Source: Octopus sinensis
Taxonomy: Eukaryota
NCBI RefSeq assembly: GCF_006345805.1
Contig: NW_021827879.1
Coordinates: 1 to 10,402 of the forward strand
Length of the DNA: 10,402 nucleotides
Reading direction: 5' to 3'
Below, piece after piece: positions 1 through 8,124 of this stretch. Within the stretch, counting starts at the first letter, position 1. Each line of letters opens with the position of its first letter. The notes below the pieces were generated by a model, which saw nothing but the letters and a program-made list of their open reading frames with translations, was not told the origin of the DNA and made no database searches. The position numbers and the translations under genes are program-made.

Positions 1-444
1 ATCGAAAACGGATCCGAGTTCTTTCGGTTACGCATGCCTTACATTTTTTTTTTTGATCCGTTTTTATATGGGATTGATTTTATCGTATGTCGTGTGTGCG
101 TTTCGGTTTCAAACTGCACCTACTTAGTAACTTTGCTTTTGTCTCTGTGTCGGAAGGAAGATATGTGATTCTCATAGTGATTCTTGAATCCTCTTTCACA
201 TAGTCCGTATAGCTCTCTTCTTACCAGTTTGCGTTATTATCAAGCGTTGCATAACTTCTCTCTCATATATGACGGATTTAATCATACATCGCTTGTTGAG
301 TGGACAGGTTCGTGTGTATCGACAGTTACAACTGGGAGCGGACTTTTGGTGTTGGTCTCGTCTCGACCAGCGATGTATGATAATCCGTCATATATGAAGC
401 AGAAGTTACTTCAACGCTTGATAATCACACAACCGATAAGAAGA

Positions 445-541
445 GCTCAATAAACACTCACAATGCTCGGTCTGGGAATCGAAACCGCGATCCTACGACC
501 ACCAGTCCGCTGCCCTAGCTACTGGGCCACTGTGCCTCCAC
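445..541 (-). mobile_element. tRNA-derived SINE head, 3'-truncated
   Basis: Minus strand reads GTGGAGGCACAGTGGCCCAGTAGCTAGGGCAGCGGACTGGTGGTCGTAGGATCGCGGTTTCGATTCCCAGACC. It has an A-box (TGGCCCAGTAGC) and a B-box (GGTTTCGATTCC) but no acceptor-stem closure. Confidence 0.7.
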
Positions 542-744
542 ATTAATGTCCTCCCAGTTTAACGACGGTAATAAATGTTCCAGCGTTGTCAACTGTAAGT
601 CGTCCTGAATTTGTTTATTGATATCAAACCGGACTCCATTTAAAAGCAGACATATTGTAATCAGATCTTCAACCGCATTTCATTCAACCACCATTCATTG
701 TATTGCTAAAGAATTAAGCACGTGTGAAACGCTTTCTTTTGCAG

Positions 745-807
745 GTATAACATTAGTACGGATGACTATTCCACAACAGAGACGACGTCTGAAGACAACG
801 AAGACGT
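745..807 (+). CDS. DD3-3: DD3-3-family protein, internal coding exon (63 nt, phase 2-2): (R)YNISTDDYSTTETTSEDNED(V)
   Basis: Acceptor ttcttttgcAG ends at 744 and donor GTAAGT starts at 808. RYNISTDDY is a motif I recognise from DD3-3-like proteins. The terminal GT joins A2181 to give GTA (Val), in frame with the next exon. Confidence 0.85.
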
Positions 808-1147
808 GTAAGTCGAGAACCGAGACCGTCGTGTCTCGTTTTCTTTTTCGTTTTTAAATTAAGCTAAAGCCGTTCGTGGTTGACTGATCAGTTAGAAAAA
901 AAAAATATCGATCAGAAATATAGGCTAGGTCAAAAGTCACTGATCAAAACATTTGACATTACTATTATTATTATTATTATTTTTTTTCTTGCTTCTTTCA
1001 TTATTTGCTCTTCCTTTTGCTTGCCGAGTGTCTTCCCGACTCCTAGGGCAAAGAAACTCATATAATACATTGGTAGGCCATTAAACTAAACTCAATAGTT
1101 TCGTTCATTTTTTTAAAGTTAAATTAAATACATGGGTAATAGTTCTT

Positions 1148-1168
1148 ATGTTATTATTATTATTATTA

Positions 1169-1213
<45 letters not shown>
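1148..1213. repeat. (ATT)n microsatellite
   Basis: Directly visible, nearly pure ATT run. Confidence 0.95.
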
Positions 1214-1765
1214 GAGTGAGAGAGCAGTTCATGCCATCAAAGTGACACTGGGGTAAAATATACGAAGCCCAGTTTACCCATCATGACTACCCGTCTGATA
1301 AGGGTACTCTAGGCACATGCATCACAACCATATGTGCGCGACATAGTGATCTCATATCAAGGTAAACAGCACATGACCTTGCAGGTGGGGCCCAGTTAGA
1401 ATTTTCTTCAGGTTGAGTAGCCCATCCCGCTCAAAAGGTCCCTGAATAAGGTTTGCTTAAGGATGTTGAACGAAACACCCATGTTTCCAGAGGTGAATTA
1501 TCCAAACCCCAAAGAATCCCTCTCAACACATGGCTATGATGCTCCCCCACTACTTCTGCTCGTGGTCAGAGATGCCCATATCGTCAGCCACTAAGGGACA
1601 TGCTCAACTGGTTAATGTCAAACAACTGACAAGCAATCTGTGGTATTGAGCAGAATGTTTGCTGTAGCCCTCTTTATACCAAGAAAAACAATGTACCTGA
1701 TAACACTTCTAATCATTTAAGATCAGAAGCCACGAGAGCCACTGCCTGGTACTGCATCAGGGCAT
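1214..1765 (-). mobile_element. 552-bp non-coding interspersed element embedded in (ATT)n; probable non-autonomous retroposon (strand tentative)
   Basis: GC-richer complex block with sharp boundaries against ATT arrays on both sides. No long ORF and no TIRs. Resembles an abundant octopus repeat as I recall it; class not established. Confidence 0.6.
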
Positions 1766-1797
1766 GTTGTTATTATTATTATTATTATTATTTTTAC

Positions 1798-1843
<46 letters not shown>

Positions 1844-1887
1844 GTTATTATTATTATTGTTATTATTATTATTATTGTTATTTTTAC

Positions 1888-1920
<33 letters not shown>

Positions 1921-1999
1921 CATTATTATTATTATTATTATTTTTACTATTATTATTATTATTATTATTATTATTATCATTATTATATTATTATTCTTC

Positions 2000-2032
<33 letters not shown>

Positions 2033-2041
2033 TATTATTAC

Positions 2042-2082
<41 letters not shown>

Positions 2083-2121
2083 TTCTTATTATTATTATTG
2101 TTATTATTATTATTATTATTA

Positions 2122-2158
<37 letters not shown>
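1766..2158. repeat. (ATT)n microsatellite array with GTT/ACT/ATC/CTT variants
   Basis: Directly visible. Ends 22 nt before the exon at 2181 and generates the poly-L/I/Y ORFs. Confidence 0.95.
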
Positions 2159-2180
2159 GTGCTTGTTTTTACTCTTTCAG

Positions 2181-2470
2181 AGAGAAAGGAATAGAGTCGC
2201 CTGTTCAAAACAACCCGGTCGTGAAACTTGCTGGTCAAGAATTCCAGTTGGCAATCAACACTGCCCAGTTCGGCAGAACCTTCCAGGACAGGAGCCATGT
2301 ATTCCACTTGATGCCCCGTCCCCAGGGCTGTGACAACGAGACCATCAACAACCTGAACGTCCGCGGGAAACGGGGCAACATCGTACAAGTGTACCCGGCT
2401 GTGGAGTACGATTTTGTGCCCAACAATCTCGAAATGGATTCCGAGGACCTGGTGCACATCCAGTGGACTG
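2181..2470 (+). CDS. DD3-3: DD3-3-family protein, coding exon (290 nt): [96 protein letters not shown](G)
   Basis: Complex-sequence core of ORF 2098..2844. Acceptor actctttcAG ends at 2180 and donor GTGAGC starts at 2471. [37 protein letters not shown] and VHIQWTG are motifs recognised from the DD3-3 family (from memory; BLASTP would confirm). Confidence 0.9.
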
Positions 2471-2498
2471 GTGAGCCTGGGGTCACAGATGATAAGGC

Positions 2499-2600
2499 GT
2501 GTGTGTTGTGTGTGTGTGTATGGGTGTGTGCATGTTCTTGTGTGGGTGCGTGTATGTGTGTATCTCTCTCTCTCTCTCTCTCTACCTATCTATCTACCTC
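2499..2600. repeat. Compound (TG)n-(TC)n-(TCTA)n microsatellite, followed by a T-rich low-complexity tract to ~2820
   Basis: Directly visible. Confidence 0.9.
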
Positions 2601-2887
2601 TTCTTTTTTTTTCATTTCTCTTTCTTTTGTTCCTTTTCCTTTTTTTTTCTCTTCTTTTTATTCCTTTCTTTTAATTTTATTCATTTATTTTTGTTATTTT
2701 TATCTTACTTTTTTTGTTCTTTTCTTCCCTTTTACGATCCCTCTTGATCGAAAACCAACGCCCCCCCCTTTTATTCTTTTGTTTTTTCTTTTTCTTCTGT
2801 TTTTTGTTTTTTTCATCCCCCAAAAGAAAAGCTCTACCTTGTAACTTGTCCCATCTGTGTGCAGCCCTGTGTGGCCAATAAAGAAAC

Positions 2888-3020
<133 letters not shown>

Positions 3021-3064
3021 CAAAGGTAGTCTGTAAACTAAATTCACTGACAAACCTTTCAATA

Positions 3065-3134
3065 TCCTGGGGTCCGTGGGGAAACCCATTTAAATAAAAC
3101 GGGTCCTTGGTAGTGAAAAGTTTGAGTAGCGCTG
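3065..3134. mobile_element. Possible terminal remnant of a hAT (Charlie/Buster-like) MITE
   Basis: Reverse complement of 3101-3134 is CAGCGCTACTCAAACTTTTCACTACCAAGGACCC, similar to Charlie-type termini (CAGNGNTNCYCAAMCTTTT). It is followed by GCCTAGAT, close to the NTCTAGAN target preference. The other end was not found. Confidence 0.35.
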
Positions 3135-3230
3135 GCCTAGATGCTACAGCCCGTCTTCCTAGCCCGAGCCAGCGGGCCTAGACAGAAGGGACAGTAAAAA
3201 GCTTGATATATATATATGTATATATATATA

Positions 3231-3394
3231 GGCTTCCTTCAGTTTCCGTCTACCAAATCCACTCACAAGGCTTTGGTCAGTCCAGGGCTATTGTAGAAGA
3301 CAATTACCCAAGGTGTCACGCAGTGGGAATGAACCCGGAACCATGTGGTTGTGAAGCTAACATTTTGCAACACCTCCCCAACCCAACGCCTGCA
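3231..3394 (-). mobile_element. tRNA-derived SINE (CORE-type body, cephalopod-like) with (TA)n tail at 3206-3230
   Basis: Minus strand has a B-box GGTTCATTCCC (3325-3335), a CACCTTGGGTAA core-like segment and a 3' GTGAGTGGATTTGGTAGACGGAAACTGAAGGAAGCC running into (TA)n. A related copy lies at 9985-10152. Confidence 0.8.
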
Positions 3395-3462
3395 ATTGTT
3401 AAATATTCTAAATTCTATCCATGTTCTGGGGTTCCTTAATATTCTCATTCCTTTCTTTACAG

Positions 3463-3516
3463 GGAGCAACACGCACAACAACAAAAAATATGGCAATGAT
3501 GGACAAGGCACAGATG
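3463..3516 (+). CDS. DD3-3: DD3-3-family protein, 54-nt micro-exon (phase 1-1): (G)SNTHNNKKYGNDGQGTD(G)
   Basis: Acceptor ctttctttacAG ends at 3462 and donor GTAAAA starts at 3517. The exon continues HIQWTG into SNTHN and joins GTDRSN of the next exon in frame. Confidence 0.85.
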
Positions 3517-3524
3517 GTAAAACC

Positions 3525-3540
3525 ATTATTATTATTATTA

Positions 3541-3573
<33 letters not shown>

Positions 3574-3613
3574 ATTATTATTATTATCATTATCATTACT
3601 ATTATTATTATTA

Positions 3614-3649
<36 letters not shown>

Positions 3650-3653
3650 ATTA

Positions 3654-3721
<68 letters not shown>

Positions 3722-4348
3722 CATTATCATTACTATTATTATTATTAATTATTATTATTCTTAGTTGTTATTATTATTATACTATGTTATTATTATTTAA
3801 TTTTATTATTATTATTATTATAATTCTTATTATTATCATTATCATTACTATTATTTTTTAATTTATTAATATTATTATTATTATTATTATATTATTATAT
3901 TATTATTATTATTATTATTAATATTATTACGTTATATTATTATTATATTATTATTATATATTATTATATTATTGTTATTATTATTATTAATTATTATTAT
4001 TTTTATTATTATTAATATTATTATTATTATTATTATCATTATCATTACTATATATTATTATTTTTATTATTATTATTATTTTTATTATTATTATTATTAT
4101 TAATTATATATTATATCATTATTATTATCATTATCATTACATTACTATTATTAATTATTTTATTATTATTATTATTATTAATTATTATTATTATTATTAT
4201 TATTATTGCTATTATTATTATTATCCTTATCATTACTAGTATTATTATTAATTATTATTATTATTATTATTATTAATATTCTTATTATTATTATTAATTA
4301 TTATTATTGCTATTATTATTATCATTATCATTACTATTATTATTATTA

Positions 4349-4425
<77 letters not shown>

Positions 4426-4449
4426 CATTATCTTACTATATTATTATTA

Positions 4450-4482
<33 letters not shown>

Positions 4483-4614
4483 ATTATTGTTATTATTATT
4501 ATTAATTATATTATTATTATTATTTTATCATTATCATTACTATTATTATTATTAATTATTATTATTATTATCATTATCATTACTATTATTATTATTAATT
4601 ATTATTATTATTAA

Positions 4615-4667
<53 letters not shown>

Positions 4668-5160
4668 ATTAATTGTTATTATTATTATTAATTATTATTA
4701 TTATTATTATATTATTATATTATTATTATTATTATTAATTATTATTATTATATATTAATTATATATTGTTATTATTATTATTAATTATTATTATTTTTAT
4801 TATTATTAATATTATTATTATTTATTATTATCATTATTATTACTATTATTATTAGTATTATTATTATTATTCTTATTCTTATTATATTTTTAATTATTAT
4901 TATTAATTATTTTTATTATTAATATTTTTATTATTATTTTTTTATCATTATCATTACATTACTATTATTAATTATTATTATATTATATTATTATTAATTA
5001 TTATTATTATTATTATTATTATTGCTATATTATTATTATCATTATCATTACTATTATTATTATTAATTATTATTATTATTATTATTATTAATATTATTAT
5101 TATTATTATTAATATTATTATGCTATTATTATTATCATTATCTTACTATTATTATTATTA

Positions 5161-5200
<40 letters not shown>

Positions 5201-5510
5201 ATTATTATTATTAATTATTATTATTATTATTATTATTATCATTAGCATTACTATTATTATTATTAATTTTTATTATTATTATCATTATCATTACTTATTT
5301 ATTATTATTATATTATTATTATTATATTATTATTATTATTCTTCTTATTTTATTGTTATTATTATTATTTAATTATTTTATTGTTATTATTATTATTAAT
5401 TATTATTAATTATTATTATTATTATTATTATTATATCATTTTATTCTTATTATTAATATTATTATTATTGTTATTATTAGTATTAATTATTATTATTGTT
5501 ATTATTATTA

Positions 5511-5555
<45 letters not shown>

Positions 5556-5579
5556 GTTATTATTATTATTATTATTATT
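3525..5579. repeat. ~2.05-kb (ATT)n array with a recurring ATCATTATCATTACTATTATTATTATTAATT motif (higher-order minisatellite)
   Basis: Directly visible. Starts 8 nt after the micro-exon donor, and the motif recurs about 16 times. Confidence 0.93.
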
Positions 5580-5661
5580 GAAGTAGAATTCTTAGAGCAT
5601 AATATGGCCACGGCTGGAATGCTTTTCACTTTCTACTCGATATATGACCACCAGGGGCTAA

Positions 5662-5706
5662 ACACCACCACCACCACTACTAAGAACAACAACAACAACA
5701 ACAACA
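5662..5706. repeat. (CAC)n-(AAC)n microsatellite
   Basis: Directly visible. Confidence 0.85.
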
Positions 5707-5965
5707 AGCTTTTACGAGTTGAGCGTGGAGAAAGTGTAGATAAACAAAGGGGGGGGGGGGCAATTGTCAAATCGTACAAGGGCAGAGAGCTTTCCCTTAG
5801 GAAACATTATAAGTTTGGCGTTAACTCTATAAATTATTTTGAAAGCTTTCAACATTTGGAAAACACAAACGAAAACTTTTAAACATTGGCTTTTCTGGTG
5901 GATGGCATCTTAGAATTCTATTTGGCTTAACTGTTTAAAAAAAAAAGGTCCCTAGAGCTTAGTGC

Positions 5966-6070
5966 GTGATACACACATAGACACATACATATGCATATAT
6001 ACACAAATGAATATATACAGACACATATATATGCACACACATATGTATAAGAATATATAATAGTATATAA
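5966..6070. repeat. Degenerate (TA/CA)n microsatellite
   Basis: Directly visible. Confidence 0.85.
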
Positions 6071-6074
6071 ACAA

Positions 6075-6400
6075 TACTGTCTATTAGTCGTAAGACACCC
6101 GCTGTTTTTGTCCTGTTATTACCATTATTGTTTTTTGTATTTATATTCGTGTGGCATCGTCCGTTTTTCTGTCCCTGTTTCGTATACATTCAATCCTTTT
6201 TCCAAGAAATCTAATGCTCGTAGCCTAGTTTTTCCTTGGGGCTGGCCGGATCGGAGCGATATCAGGATTAATCAGCCGAAATTGCTAAGATGATCCGGTT
6301 CCTGACTGAAGATTAGAGGCGCTTCGAATGACCTGTCTGTTTTTTTGTGTTGTCTCTTTGTGTAGTTTGCGTTCTTGTCCCCTTTTGTACATTTTATATA
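6075..6400. mobile_element. Unclassified interspersed-repeat-like block carrying a structured RNA motif; possibly a Penelope-like element terminal repeat
   Basis: Complex non-coding block between two TA-rich microsatellites that resembles an octopus repeat from memory. The Penelope-like assignment is inferred only from the hammerhead-like core. Boundaries are approximate. Confidence 0.4.
6240..6312 (+). ncRNA. Candidate permuted hammerhead-like ribozyme core
   Basis: GGCTGG(6240-45)/TCAGCC(6272-77) is followed by GAAA(6278-81). AGCGAT(6255-60)/ATTGCT(6281-86) precedes A6261, and TCAGGA(6262-67)/TCCTGA(6300-05) is followed directly by CTGAAGA(6306-12). An extra stem CCGGATC/GATCCGG is present. 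The G-U pairs favour the + strand. Confidence 0.4.
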
Positions 6401-6409
6401 AAGTTTTAT

Positions 6410-6481
6410 AGATATATATATATATGTATATATTATATATATATATATGTTGATGTATGTATATATATATATACATACATA
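6410..6481. repeat. (TA)n/(TACA)n microsatellite abutting the transposon end
   Basis: Directly visible. Its last TA (6480-6481) is the presumed Tc1/mariner target dinucleotide. Confidence 0.85.
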
Positions 6482-6604
6482 CAGGATGCGTAAAATATTT
6501 CAGGTCAAACTAATGTTTATTTTTTTTAAAAACATATAACAGATAGTAACTTTATTTATCAAAAAAAAAACTATGAGGATAAAAAATAAATCTTTTCTAT
6601 AATA

Positions 6605-7299
6605 TTATTCAATAAAGCCACCTTCAGTTCCAACAACTGCTTCTGTACAAGATCTAAATCATCTACATGCTCAAATCAAGTGGTCCTGGTTCATTTTGGA
6701 CATTACTCTGACTATGGCAGCTTTCAAAGAATCTTTGGTGTTATGGGCATGTTCATTGACCCCTCTCTCGACAATGCTCCACATGCAATAGTCCAATGGA
6801 TTGAGATCTGAAGAATTAGGAGGCCAAGTGTTAGGGGTTATGTGATCATGAAATTTTTCAACCATCCATTGCTGTGTTACTAGAGCCATCTGTGATAGTG
6901 CAGAGTCTTACTGAAACGCATACGACCTTCCATTGTATACACTGTTTATCCAGGGCTTAACAATTATTTCCAGGACCTCAATGTAGGCGGCAGAGTTAAC
7001 TCTAAGGCTTTGTGGAAAGAAGTAAGGAGGCATTACATGTCCTTCCTTGCTGACAACTCCTAAAACCATGACAGTTGCAGGAAATTTTGTGTGCCTAACA
7101 CTTGGAACTTCAGAAGGGTCTGCACATAACCATCTGTCATATCTTCTGTTAACTTTTTGATCTCGGTCGAAGTTTTTCTCGTTTAAGAAAAAATCAAATC
7201 AAATCTTCTTCTGCTGGATTTTTCAGTTTGTTCAAGAACCTTTAATATCTGATGTAGTGATTTTCTTTTGCTCTTTCTAACAAATTGACCGTTCCTCAT
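6605..7299 (-). pseudogene. DD37D (maT) transposase pseudogene, catalytic domain
   Basis: 7192->6605 reads FFLNEKNFDRDQKVNRRYDRWLCADPSEVPSVRHTKFPATVMVLGVVSKEGHVMPPYFFPQSLRVNSAAYIEVLEIIVKPWINSVYNGRSYAFQ*DSALSQMALVTQQWMVEKFHDHITPNTWPPNSSDLNPLDYCMWSIVE...DHLI*ACR*FRSCTEAVVGTEGGFIE*. There are 37 residues between D(6905-07) and the D of NPLDY. The first catalytic D is now N. It has three internal stops and frameshifts upstream of 7192. Confidence 0.9.
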
Positions 7300-7310
7300 T
7301 ATATACAACA

Positions 7311-7991
7311 CTAGCAGTATCGCCCGGCGTTGCTCGGGTTTGTAAGGGAAATAACTATATAAGCATTTTATATAAACCGACCGAAAATGCATTAAAAATG
7401 CGGAAAAATTAATGTAAACTTTTTAAAAATCGTAGACTCATCGTAGACGCGCGCTAATACCCAGAAGGGCTCGATATGAATCACGACTATAAGATACTCG
7501 CTTCTGGTTACACTGCACCGCAAAATGTGGGAGTAGTTAGGAATCTAAATTTGTGTAGACACACACACACACACAACTACATCTTTATTTATAAAACTGT
7601 AGTTGTGTGAGTGTCTGTCCCCTTCGATTTAGATTCCTAACTACTCCCACATTTTGCGGTGCAGTTTAACCAAAACCGGGTATCTTATAGTCGTGATTCA
7701 TATCGAGCCCTTCTGAGTATTAGCACGCGTCTACGATGAGTCTACGATTTTAAAAATAATTTACCATAATTTTTTCCCATTTTCATGCATATTTTTTTAA
7801 AGGGAAGTAACTCTCTAAAAATTTCTGCGATGAGTCAACGATTTAAAAAAAAAATTACCATCACATTTTTTCCATTTTTAATGCATTTTTTTGCTATTTT
7901 TTGGCTATAACTCTCTAAAAATGCTGTATAGTTATTTCCCTTACAAACCCGAGCAACGCCGGGCGATACTGCTAGTTTTTATATATAAAGA
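7311..7991 (-). mobile_element. Non-autonomous Helitron, outer copy (7311-7581 plus 7976-7991; 287 nt without the nested copy)
   Basis: On the minus strand the host A precedes 5'-TCTTTATATAT at 7991. The 3' end has a hairpin CCCGAGCAACGCCGGG, then CGATACTG-CTAG at 7311, then host T. There is no TSD. Removing it restores the transposase codon AA|T. Confidence 0.85.
7582..7975 (+). mobile_element. Non-autonomous Helitron, inner copy (394 nt) of the same family in opposite orientation, with a ~95-bp internal tandem duplication
   Basis: A7581|TCTTTATTTATAAAAC ... CCCGAGCAACGCCGGG(7948-7963) CGATACTG CTAG|T7976. The internal repeat units start GATGAGTC at ~7736 and ~7830. Confidence 0.88.
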
Positions 7992-8124
7992 TTTCTGACT
8001 GTTCCTTCTGATACATGGACTTTCTGGGAGTGTAATCAATGGTCTGTTGAACTTGTTGGATACATTCAGATGTTCTGAGGATCGGAGTCTTTCGCTCATC
8101 ATCGAAATCTATCTTTGCTTGTGT

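Larger units (their letters stand above)
6482..8124 (-). mobile_element. Decayed Tc1/mariner-superfamily DD37D (maT) transposon, 5'-truncated and interrupted by Helitrons at 7311-7991
   Basis: TA|CAGGATGCG at 6480-6490 resembles a CAGGGTG-type TIR end. Transposase homology runs from 6605 to ~7300 and resumes at 7992-~8100. No 5' TIR found. Confidence 0.85.

Noticed and set aside
445-541. Functional tRNA gene
   Set aside because: A and B boxes are present, but there is no complete cloverleaf or acceptor stem; it fits a SINE head.
1-744. An additional upstream DD3-3 exon, ORFs 184..453 and 618..857, and a 10-bp inverted repeat (5-14/55-64)
   Set aside because: No phase-2 donor with a fitting upstream peptide was found, the ORFs have no recognisable motifs, and the short inverted repeat is within chance for AT-rich DNA.
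1694-1765. HDV-like ribozyme at the minus-strand 5' end of the 552-bp element (CCTGA/TCAGG as P2, TGC/GCA as P3, CC/GG as P1.1, 9-bp P4)
   Set aside because: There is no partner strand for P1, and the J4/2 segment (TGTTA) lacks the catalytic C. It is worth rechecking only on a family consensus.
1723-2333. Poly-Ile/Leu/Tyr ORFs here and at 3408-3648 and 5381-5882
   Set aside because: Translations of (ATT)n arrays.
2119-2486. Minus-strand ORFs of 112 and 83 aa
   Set aside because: Antisense shadows of the real coding exon 2181-2470.
2471-2844. Hydrophobic C-terminal extension of ORF 2098..2844 suggesting a membrane protein
   Set aside because: Read-through past the GTGAGC donor into TG/TC microsatellites and a T-rich intron tract.
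6306-6337. Conventional type I hammerhead using the local CTGAAGA...CGAATGACCTGTC
   Set aside because: It has GAAT instead of GAAA, and stem II would need a 2-nt loop. The GAAA at 6278 fits the core register much better.
7183-7392. 69-aa ORF as an independent gene
   Set aside because: Chimera of the Helitron 3' end and a frameshifted transposase segment.
7310-7976. A single MITE or foldback element with 50-bp TIRs
   Set aside because: The Helitron 5'-TC and hairpin-CTAG ends, A|T targets, absence of a TSD and the displaced 16-nt 5' end at 7976-7991 explain it better as two nested Helitrons.
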